64,000 nt of DNA, from positions 2,752,001 through 2,816,000 of the forward strand of contig OY820591.1 in the NCBI GenBank assembly GCA_963555985.3. Direction: 5' to 3'. The position numbers and the translations under genes were made by a program. The notes below the pieces were generated by a model. It was not told where the DNA came from. It was given only the letters and a program-made list of their open reading frames with translations, and did not search any database. Numbering within the stretch: the stretch's first letter is position 1; each line of letters begins with the position of its first letter. The DNA comes from Dehalococcoidia bacterium (lineage in GTDB: Bacteria; Chloroflexota; Dehalococcoidia; Bin125). Shown one piece after another: positions 56,913-64,000 of the stretch.

Positions 56913-58079
56913 TTAGCCGCCTGGGTTGACGAGGGACTCGAAGGCTTGGTTGCCTCGGAGTGAGTCGAAGTGGTCGTCGGTTTTGGCGGCTTCGGCGTAG
57001 CGGGGGTTGAGGGCGACGGCTCGTTGGAGTGCGCCGACGGCTTGGTCGGCCTGGTTGAGTTTGGCGGCGGCGGAGGCGAAGCCGTAATGCGCGCCGGGCT
57101 GGTCGGGTTCGAGGTTGACGGCAGTACGGAAGGAGTCGAGCGCTTCCTGGGCGCGGTCTTCGTAGAGCAGGGTGAGGCCGAGGTTGGTGTGGGCGGCGCC
57201 GTCGTTCGAACGCAGCCGCAGGGCGTGGCGGAAATCGGCTTCGGCGGTGTCGAATTCGCGTCCGAAGAGGCGCAGGAGGCCGCGATTGACGTAGATGTCG
57301 GGGTCGTCGGGGGCGAGTTCGATGGCGCGCTCGTAGTCGCTGGCGGCGTCTTCGGTGCGGTCGAGCCGGATCAGGGCGTTGGCGCGGTTGTAGTAGGCGG
57401 CGGCAGAGTTGGCGTCGAGTTCGATGGCGCGGTCGTACTGGTTGATGGCTTGCTCGTAGTTGGAGGTCTCGAAGTAGACGTTGCCTTCTTCGAGGTAGGA
57501 GGCGGCGCTGCGTTCGGGGATGGTGGAGGGCGGGGTCGCCACTGCGGCTGCGGCGGGTGCTGCGGCCGGGGCCGGGCTTGGCGGAGGGGCCGGAGGCGAA
57601 CTCGGCGGCGGCGCGACTGCCGCCGGTGCGGACGGCGCTGCTGCCGACGGCGCGGGAGCCGGGGGCGGTTCGGGCGCAGCCGGCATGGGCGGCGTCGGGC
57701 GGGGCTGAGGAGCGGCGGCAACAGGCGCTTCAGGCATGGGCGGCGCGGGCGGGGGTGGCGCAGGCGGAACCGAGATGGCGGCTGCGGCGGGTGGTTGCGG
57801 CATCGCCGGGGGCGGGTTTGGGCTCGCAGGCGGCGCTTCGGGGATCGGCATCGAGGGTCGAACAGCGTCCGGGTTGCCGGTCGCCTGGGCGATCTGGCGC
57901 GCCATCAGTTCGGCCTGCTCGCGCCGGCTGCGCTCGGTGCTGAGTTGCAGCTCCAGGTGTCCGATCCGTTCTTCGGTCAGCTCGCGTTCGAGGCGCTGCT
58001 GCGATTGCAGGGTTCGGTAGACCCAGAGCGCCGCTGCCCAGGGGAGGAGCAGACGGAGCAGAAGCGCGAGGAATTGCAT
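56913..58079 (-). CDS. Membrane-anchored TPR protein with Pro/Ala linker
   Basis: N-terminal TM, coiled coil, P/A-rich stalk, TPRs (YEQAINQYDRAIELD, AYYNRANAL). Confidence 0.9.
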   Translation of the reverse strand: MQFLALLLRLLLPWAAALWVYRTLQSQQRLERELTEERIGHLELQLSTERSRREQAELMARQIAQATGNPDAVRPSMPIPEAPPASPNPPPAMPQPPAAAAISVPPAPPPPAPPMPEAPVAAAPQPRPTPPMPAAPEPPPAPAPSAAAPSAPAAVAPPPSSPPAPPPSPAPAAAPAAAAVATPPSTIPERSAASYLEEGNVYFETSNYEQAINQYDRAIELDANSAAAYYNRANALIRLDRTEDAASDYERAIELAPDDPDIYVNRGLLRLFGREFDTAEADFRHALRLRSNDGAAHTNLGLTLLYEDRAQEALDSFRTAVNLEPDQPGAHYGFASAAAKLNQADQAVGALQRAVALNPRYAEAAKTDDHFDSLRGNQAFESLVNPGG

Positions 58080-58118
58080 GGGGAGCTCCTTTAGCGGCGT
58101 CGGGCCGCGGTGGTTCAG

Positions 58119-58553
58119 TTATCCGTTCGAGTCGGCGCGCAAATGCTCGCTGATGGCCTGAAGTCCGTTGAGGGCCAGGGTGAGGCGGTCGCGCGCGGAG
58201 AGGTCTTCGAGTTCGGCCAGGGTTTCGTCGCGCATGGAGACGGGATCGCTGGCGCCGAAGAGCGCGGCCGGACCTTCGTCGTCAAAGGAGAGTTGGAGTT
58301 CGCGCAGTTCTCCGGATTCGGTCACGATCACGCAGCCGATGTTCTTGTCCTCGAGGCCGTCGGGTTCGACTTCGACGCCCATCGTGAAGAAGGCGCCCGG
58401 GAAGGGAGGGAAGGGACGCAGTTCGAGGGCAGCCTCGCGCAAGAGGGCGAGCACGCGCTCAGCGGCGTCGTTGAGGATTTCGTCGGCCATGCGGAGGCGC
58501 AGGTCTGCGCGGATCGCATCGGGGGAGGATTGGCCGGGGCGCGCTTCGCTCAT
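58119..58553 (-). CDS. Hypothetical protein
   Basis: 144 aa from ATG 58553 with GC-typical codon use; LRPFPPFPGAFFT. Confidence 0.6.
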   Translation of the reverse strand: MSEARPGQSSPDAIRADLRLRMADEILNDAAERVLALLREAALELRPFPPFPGAFFTMGVEVEPDGLEDKNIGCVIVTESGELRELQLSFDDEGPAALFGASDPVSMRDETLAELEDLSARDRLTLALNGLQAISEHLRADSNG

Positions 58554-58740
58554 GCGCTCTCCGGTTGGGGTGTGTTGATCGGGTGGGGCATAGCTAGAGA
58601 TTATACGCGCGCACGAATAAGTACAGCGCCGGTATGTTGCGGCGTGTGCGGAAGACGGGCGTCGATTCAGCGCATCCGCGCGCCGACTAGGATGATGCTG
58701 AGGCCGGCGGGCCGGGTTGGCGCGGTCGGAGTGGGAGCAC

Positions 58741-61041
58741 ATGGCGGACGGCATCTGGAACTCGCAACTGCGAATCGCGGCCGGATACGCCGTGGACGAC
58801 GCGCCGCAGTTGGCGTTCGCAGAGCGCAGCGACGCACAGGGGCGGCTGGTCAGCCTCTACATCCTGGCCGAGCCGGTGGCGGCGGGTGCGGAAGCGTTTA
58901 TCGACTCGTTTGTGGGCCGGATCGGGGAGCTGTTCGATCCGGCGGCGCGCTCATTGACGGGGGCGCTGAAGCTGGCGATCGAAACGGCGCATGAGGAGTT
59001 GCGGGTCTGGAATCGCGAGCATCTGCCGGTGGAACAGGCGGCGTACGGGGTCTCTTGCCTGATTTTGCGTGAGGGGGGAGACGCGATTCTGGGGCAAGCG
59101 GGTCCGTCGCTGGCATTTGGGGCGGGAGATCCAGGTGAGGCAGGCTCACGGCCCACGCAGTTGTACGCGCATCGGGGCGAGGATCCCGTGGCTGCGCCGA
59201 TCGGCGGTTCGCAGCCGTTGCGGGTGCAGTTTGCGCCGCCGCCGCAGGCGCGGGCGGGCTGGGCGTTGCTGCTGACGTCGAATGTCGGTCAGTTGCTGGA
59301 CGCCGAGCGCCGGGTGGCGCTGAGCCGCTTGCCGGCGGACGAGGTGCTGCGCAGTCTGTATCCGTCGTTGACGCCGCTGTATGACGCGGCGGGGCTGATC
59401 GTGGCGCTGGCGGACGAGACGGTGATTCCGCCAACGCCGCCGCAACCGCTCTCGCAGCCGCCACAACCTGCGCCGCCGCCGCTGGCTCCGCAGTCTCCGC
59501 CCGGATCGTCCTTGGCGACTGTCGAGCCGTCTGCACAGGGGGAAGTAGCGGCTGAGGATGTTCGCCCAGCGGAACCGGAGCCTGAGCCGGAAGCGCAGAG
59601 CGAAGCCGATGCGCCGGGCGAACCTGACGATGAGACGGCGACGCGGCGGCCGGTCGAGTTTCGGCGCGAATTGAGCCTGTCTTCGTTCGCGGCGGGGCCG
59701 GAGTTGAGCGGGATGGCGTGGCCGCGCAACCCGTTTGCGGTAGAGGATTGGCGGGTGTTGACGGTGGCGGTAGGTCCGGCGGCGGCGCCCGTGCAGCGCT
59801 CGATCATGGAGGTGGGAGACACGCTGCCCACGCTTGGCGGGGAGCCTGCTCCTACTCCAGCCTCGCCTGCGCTCGTACGGCGAGGCGAACCGCGCGGATC
59901 GAATCGGCGGGCGGCGTTTGCGCTGGCGGGGATGCTGCTGATCTTTGCGGCGATCGCGGCGGCGCTGCTGGGGCCGCCACTGTTGCGTACCGAGCAGGAT
60001 GAGTTCACGTCGCTGCTGGAACAGGCTCGGACTGATCTGGCGGCGTCGAAGCTGGCAGTGGGAGCGGAGGCGTCGCGGCCCGCGCTCGACGATGCGTTGG
60101 AGCATGTCGCGGCGGCGTTGGAGCTGAACCCGCTGGCGGAGGAGGCGCTGACGCTGCGTGGCGAGATCGAGGCGGCGCTGGATCAGCTGAAGCTGGTGCA
60201 ATCGCCCGGCGAGTTGGTGACGCTGGTTGATCTTGGTCGCTACGGACCGTCGATTGCGCTGGGCACGCTGCGCGCCGGCGGCGGGCGAGTGTTCGCGCTC
60301 GACGACGCGGGCGGTCGCGTGTTTGCGGTCTCGGAAGAGGGCGTGGCGACCGTGATTTACCTCGAGGGAGCGGTGCTGAGCGCGGGCGGACAGATGCGGG
60401 CGGGGCGTCCGATCAGCATCACGGTCGAGTCGGCGGGCGATGAGACGGCGCTCTGGATTCTCGACTCGAATGCGCGGCTGTATCGCTGGAGCGAGAGCGG
60501 GACGTTGCTGATTCCGCTGCCGGGTGCGTCGCGGTTCGGCTCGATGGACGCGATCGCGGCGGGGGCGGGCGGTCTGTATCTGCTGGACGCGAGCGGGGGC
60601 GCGGTCTGGCGCTTCGATTATGACGGTCGCACGCTCTCGGAGCCGATGCGGGCGGTGGGCCGGACGGATCTGCATCAGGCCGACGAGTTGGCGGTCTGGC
60701 GCAATGAGCGAGGCCGGATTGAGATTCTGATCGCAGGCGGCGACGGTCGCTTGCGGCGGTTCGTGGACGGGGAGGAAGAGGCGGTGGCGTTGACGCTTGA
60801 GCGCGAGCTGCTCGCGCCCGCGTCGCTGACGGTGGGCGGGCAGTCGGGTCTGGTCTATAGCGCTGATCGTGGCGGCGGGCGAGTGATCGTGGTGCGTCCC
60901 GAGGTTGGATTGGTGGCGCAGATTGAGTCGCCGGAGCTGCGCGAGGTTCGGGGCGTTGCAGTGGACGAGGCGAGCGGGCGGATCGTGTACGCCTTGCCCG
61001 CTTCGCTGTTGCTGGGTCAAGCGCTCGGATCGGGGCAATAG
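58741..61041 (+). CDS. Membrane protein: degenerate PP2C-like N-domain, TM helix, beta-propeller C-domain
   Basis: LYILAE..., ALKLAIETAHEEL, LLLTSN; Pro-rich linker; one TM; repeated LWILD/LYLLD/VYSAD blades. Confidence 0.7.
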   Translation: MADGIWNSQLRIAAGYAVDDAPQLAFAERSDAQGRLVSLYILAEPVAAGAEAFIDSFVGRIGELFDPAARSLTGALKLAIETAHEELRVWNREHLPVEQAAYGVSCLILREGGDAILGQAGPSLAFGAGDPGEAGSRPTQLYAHRGEDPVAAPIGGSQPLRVQFAPPPQARAGWALLLTSNVGQLLDAERRVALSRLPADEVLRSLYPSLTPLYDAAGLIVALADETVIPPTPPQPLSQPPQPAPPPLAPQSPPGSSLATVEPSAQGEVAAEDVRPAEPEPEPEAQSEADAPGEPDDETATRRPVEFRRELSLSSFAAGPELSGMAWPRNPFAVEDWRVLTVAVGPAAAPVQRSIMEVGDTLPTLGGEPAPTPASPALVRRGEPRGSNRRAAFALAGMLLIFAAIAAALLGPPLLRTEQDEFTSLLEQARTDLAASKLAVGAEASRPALDDALEHVAAALELNPLAEEALTLRGEIEAALDQLKLVQSPGELVTLVDLGRYGPSIALGTLRAGGGRVFALDDAGGRVFAVSEEGVATVIYLEGAVLSAGGQMRAGRPISITVESAGDETALWILDSNARLYRWSESGTLLIPLPGASRFGSMDAIAAGAGGLYLLDASGGAVWRFDYDGRTLSEPMRAVGRTDLHQADELAVWRNERGRIEILIAGGDGRLRRFVDGEEEAVALTLERELLAPASLTVGGQSGLVYSADRGGGRVIVVRPEVGLVAQIESPELREVRGVAVDEASGRIVYALPASLLLGQALGSGQ

Positions 61042-61096
61042 CGATCGGGCAGCGTCGGTCTGGGAGTAGGCTGCTGATCCGGGATTGGAGCGGTTA

Positions 61097-62134
61097 ATGG
61101 CTTTTCGAGTGTTGGCGCTGGAGTCGTCGTGCGACGAATTCGCAGGCGCGGTGATCGAGGGCGGGGTGGAAGTCGTGGCGTCGGTGGTGGCGTCGCAGGC
61201 GGAGATTCACGCTCGCTACGGCGGGGTCGTGCCGGAAGTGGCGGGACGGGAGCATCTGCGCAATCTGGCGCCGGTATTGCAGGGGACGCTGGAAGCGGCG
61301 GAGTTGGACTGGAGCGATCTGGATGCGATGGCGGTGACGCAGGGTCCGGGCCTAGGCGGATCGCTGTTGGTGGGCGTGAATGCGGCGAAGGCGGCGGCGT
61401 GGGCGCGGGGCTTGCCGCTGATTCCGGTGCATCACATCGCGGGGCACCTGTACGCGAACTGGTTGCGTCCGGCGACGGAGCATTGGGACGACACACCGCC
61501 GCCGTTTCCCTGCGTGGCGCTAGTGGTGTCGGGGGGACACACCGAGTTGTTCTGGATGGAAGATCATGATCAGGTGGAGCGGATCGGACAGACGCGGGAC
61601 GACGCGGCCGGGGAAGCGTTTGACAAAGTGGGTCGGTTGTTGGGTCTGCCGTTTCCCGGCGGTCCGGAGATCGAGCGGGCGGCGAAAGGCGCGACCGAAG
61701 AGGCGTTGGCGGCGACGCCGCAGTTGCCGCGCGCGTGGATGCGGGGTACGGATGATTTCTCGTTCTCGGGTCTGAAGACGGCGGTGCTCAACCGTACCCG
61801 GCGCGGTCCCGTGGACATGGCGGCGACCGCGTACCGATTTCAGGAAGCGGTGGTGGACGTGCTGGCGACGAAAACGGCACGGGCGGCGGCGGAACGCGGA
61901 GCGGCCTGCGTGATCGTGGCGGGCGGGGTAGCGGCGAATTCGGCGCTGCGCGAGGGGTTGTATGAGCGCTGCGATGTGCCGGTGCGGGTGCCGCCGCCGT
62001 ATCTGTGTACGGATAATGCGGCGATGATCGGGGCGGCGGCGTCGTACCGGCGGGACGGAGCGGTGACGACGGACGGGCTTGATTTTGATGTGTACAGCAC
62101 GTCGGGGGTAGAGGTGTTCTCGCCGGGGGTCTAG
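61097..62134 (+). CDS. tsaD: tRNA N6-threonylcarbamoyltransferase
   Basis: LESSCDE, YGGVVPE, GPGL, HHIAGH, VSGGHT, DDAAGEAFDK, FSFSGLKT, CTDNAAMI. Confidence 0.97.
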   Translation: MAFRVLALESSCDEFAGAVIEGGVEVVASVVASQAEIHARYGGVVPEVAGREHLRNLAPVLQGTLEAAELDWSDLDAMAVTQGPGLGGSLLVGVNAAKAAAWARGLPLIPVHHIAGHLYANWLRPATEHWDDTPPPFPCVALVVSGGHTELFWMEDHDQVERIGQTRDDAAGEAFDKVGRLLGLPFPGGPEIERAAKGATEEALAATPQLPRAWMRGTDDFSFSGLKTAVLNRTRRGPVDMAATAYRFQEAVVDVLATKTARAAAERGAACVIVAGGVAANSALREGLYERCDVPVRVPPPYLCTDNAAMIGAAASYRRDGAVTTDGLDFDVYSTSGVEVFSPGV

Positions 62135-62169
62135 CAGGGCGCGAGCACACCGAGTTGTTCAGCAGCCTG

Positions 62170-63339
62170 CTAGCGATTGAGACTGGGAGTGAGTCCGCCC
62201 GAAGCCGTGGCGGCGCGGCTGGAACGGGACAGGCGCGCGAGCGGACAGGCGGCGCAGGCGCCGTGGCGGCAGCGGTGGCGTTCGAGTTCGAGTAGGGCCT
62301 GGGTATGGGGATGACGCCAGTTGAAGGTGGATTCGGCGTGCTCGGTTTCGGGTTCGAGGCGGTCGCGGAGGGCGTCGGTGCGTTGGTAGCAGGCCGGGGG
62401 CAGTTGACTCCAGGGTTCGAAGGCGTAGCTGAAGGGGTAGATTGCGTCGGCGAGGAGTTGACGGGCGCGGGCGGTACCGAGCCGGTGCGGGATTCGGAGT
62501 TGAGCGCCGGCCTCGTTGGGCGGCAGTTGAGCCAGGCGCTCGAAGGCGGCGGCGGGGCCGCCGTCGGTCTCGCGCCAGCGGGTGAGGAGTTCGGCGAGAA
62601 TCTGCGCGGCGGTTCGGGCTGCGCCGAGCGGCCCGCGTGCGTGTCTCCAGGGGGACTCGACGAGCGCCGATTCGAGCGGCGAGGCGAGTTCGTCCCAGTG
62701 GTCGGCTGAGGGCAGAGAGCGGAGGAGCGCGCGCCGGATGGCTTCGGCGTTGTGGGGCTGTCCGAGTGCGCGGGCGGCGGCGATCGCGGCGCGGCGGTCG
62801 TCTAACGAGCCCGGCCCGTTGGGAGGTTGGAGTTGAGTGATTTCGGTCGCCTTGCGGAGGAAGCGCCGCTGCGCGAGTTGGAGGAGTTGCGCCTCAAGCG
62901 CCGCGCTTCCGGCGCGTTCGCGGAGATTGGCGCAGGGAGGAGGGATGGCGGGCATAGCCGGGTCGCCATTGGGCAGCTCGATCGTGGCGAGAGCGGGACT
63001 GAGCGCCGCCGCCCCTGGTGAGTTCTTGGCGACCAAGTGGAGGATGACGTTGGCGTAGGCGGGATCGTGCTGGTGTCCGTGCTGGTTCCAACCGCTTGGG
63101 CGCAGGTGACATTCGATATCGCCGCGGCGGACGCGGCCGTCGGCGTCGAGTAGTTGGGCGTCGCGGAAATCGGGGCCGGGGCCGAAGTTCCACTGTCCGG
63201 CGTGGATGATTCGCAGCGGGCGGCCGTTCGCGTCGTGCAGAAGCGGCGCGGGCCAGGCGCCGCCGGCCCAGCGTTGTTGGAGGGCGTGCTCGCTCTGAGC
63301 GTCCGCTTCAGGCATCGGAGTCCGCTTCTTTGCGGTCAT
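62170..63339 (-). CDS. DUF2851-family protein
   Basis: GQWNFGPGPDFRDA, GDIECH...W..HGHQHDPAYANVILH; C-terminal QALLEL..C...C..CP. Confidence 0.85.
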   Translation of the reverse strand: MTAKKRTPMPEADAQSEHALQQRWAGGAWPAPLLHDANGRPLRIIHAGQWNFGPGPDFRDAQLLDADGRVRRGDIECHLRPSGWNQHGHQHDPAYANVILHLVAKNSPGAAALSPALATIELPNGDPAMPAIPPPCANLRERAGSAALEAQLLQLAQRRFLRKATEITQLQPPNGPGSLDDRRAAIAAARALGQPHNAEAIRRALLRSLPSADHWDELASPLESALVESPWRHARGPLGAARTAAQILAELLTRWRETDGGPAAAFERLAQLPPNEAGAQLRIPHRLGTARARQLLADAIYPFSYAFEPWSQLPPACYQRTDALRDRLEPETEHAESTFNWRHPHTQALLELERHRCRHGACAACPLARLSRSSRAATASGGLTPSLNR

Positions 63340-63604
63340 CGGGGTTGGCGTCGGCTCCGGATTGGTAGCCGAAGCGGGCGTCTTCGGCGACGCGGGTGAG
63401 CAGACGCGCGGCAGGGCCGCGGGGTTGGTATTGGCCCCGCTCCCACTCGGAAATGGTCTGCTGACGAGTGTTGAGTTCGTCGGCTAAGTCGGCTTGGGTG
63501 AGGCCGAGGTGGGCGCGCAGTTGACGGATACGCTCGGCGTCCCACTGGCGGTCGCGTCGGCGGCGTTGGGCATTGCGCTTGCGGCGGCTGCGGGGCTGGT
63601 TCAT
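63308..63604 (-). CDS. XRE-family HTH regulator
   Basis: IRQLRAHLGLTQADLADELNTRQQTISEWERG; overlaps the DUF2851 start. Confidence 0.9.
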   Translation of the reverse strand: MNQPRSRRKRNAQRRRRDRQWDAERIRQLRAHLGLTQADLADELNTRQQTISEWERGQYQPRGPAARLLTRVAEDARFGYQSGADANPDDRKEADSDA

Positions 63605-63802
63605 CAGACGCGCAGAATACACGTTTCCGTGTATCTCTGCTGATGTGGGCGTTACGCAACCAACTCATGTCCGGCTTGACGATTGGTTCAGGAGCGTCCT
63701 AAACTGCAAATGGCAACCCATGCCCCAGAACAGCACTTCCTCAGACCACGATCAGCAGCGATGCCGCAGACGGCCTCGGCTGCGTAGAGGTGCGTCGCCC
63801 GC

Positions 63803-63976
63803 CTAAATCGGAAGCGCGCCCCGATGCAGTCTTTGCGCCACGGCGGTTGGCGCGCTGTGGCATCTGATGATCCCGACGACTCTGTCGACGTGCTGACACT
63901 TGGGCGAGAGGCTGATTGTCGGTCGCGGCTGCTGTCTAGATGATGAGGCAGATTGGCGAGAAAGGGCGTTCCGCAT
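63803..63976 (-). CDS. Possible 57-aa small ORF
   Basis: Strong AAGGAGGT RBS ~10 nt upstream of ATG; MRNALSRQ...GALPI*; no recognisable motif. Confidence 0.3.
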   Translation of the reverse strand: MRNALSRQSASSSRQQPRPTISLSPKCQHVDRVVGIIRCHSAPTAVAQRLHRGALPI

Positions 63977-64000
63977 GGTACTCGAACCTCCTTCGGCGAC

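Noticed and set aside
57500-57860. GC-rich low-complexity repeats
   Set aside because: Explained by the Pro/Ala linker of the TPR protein
63615-63630. LexA box upstream of the XRE gene (and a weak one at ~746-758)
   Set aside because: Two or more mismatches to GAAC-N4-GTTC; not distinguishable from chance

Overview
GC-rich bacterial chromosomal window. The gene content (four luciferase-like monooxygenases, three PPOX-class F420-type proteins, Uma2, DUF2851, BKACE) points to Chloroflexota, probably Dehalococcoidia/SAR202-like; this taxonomy is inference. Housekeeping and metabolic genes include proA, rsmE, tsaD, an OmpR two-component pair, an aquaporin, a YyaL-like protein, crotonase/3-hydroxyacyl-CoA dehydrogenase and two MoxR-DUF58 operons. 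They are interspersed with a dense, nested system of palindromic repeats. The most unusual items are: (1) tandem beta-class DNA methyltransferase-HNH fusion genes with near-identical ends and divergent middles, plus a third paralogue at the window edge; (2) two RelE-like/acidic-partner modules stacked behind the aquaporin gene and separated by a synonymously diverged copy of the aquaporin 3' end; (3) four small repeat-flanked cassettes, each headed by a LexA-like box, two with ~10-bp-phased CTGRAC motifs and one with a frameshifted HTH gene; (4) an IS30 inserted in a dRS3-like palindrome that supplies its stop codon; (5) local strand-composition skew reaching into neighbouring genes; (6) a transglutaminase-like protein with both catalytic Cys and His replaced by Tyr. 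No rRNA, tRNA or CRISPR array was seen. All calls come from reading the sequence and ORF track by eye; no searches were run.
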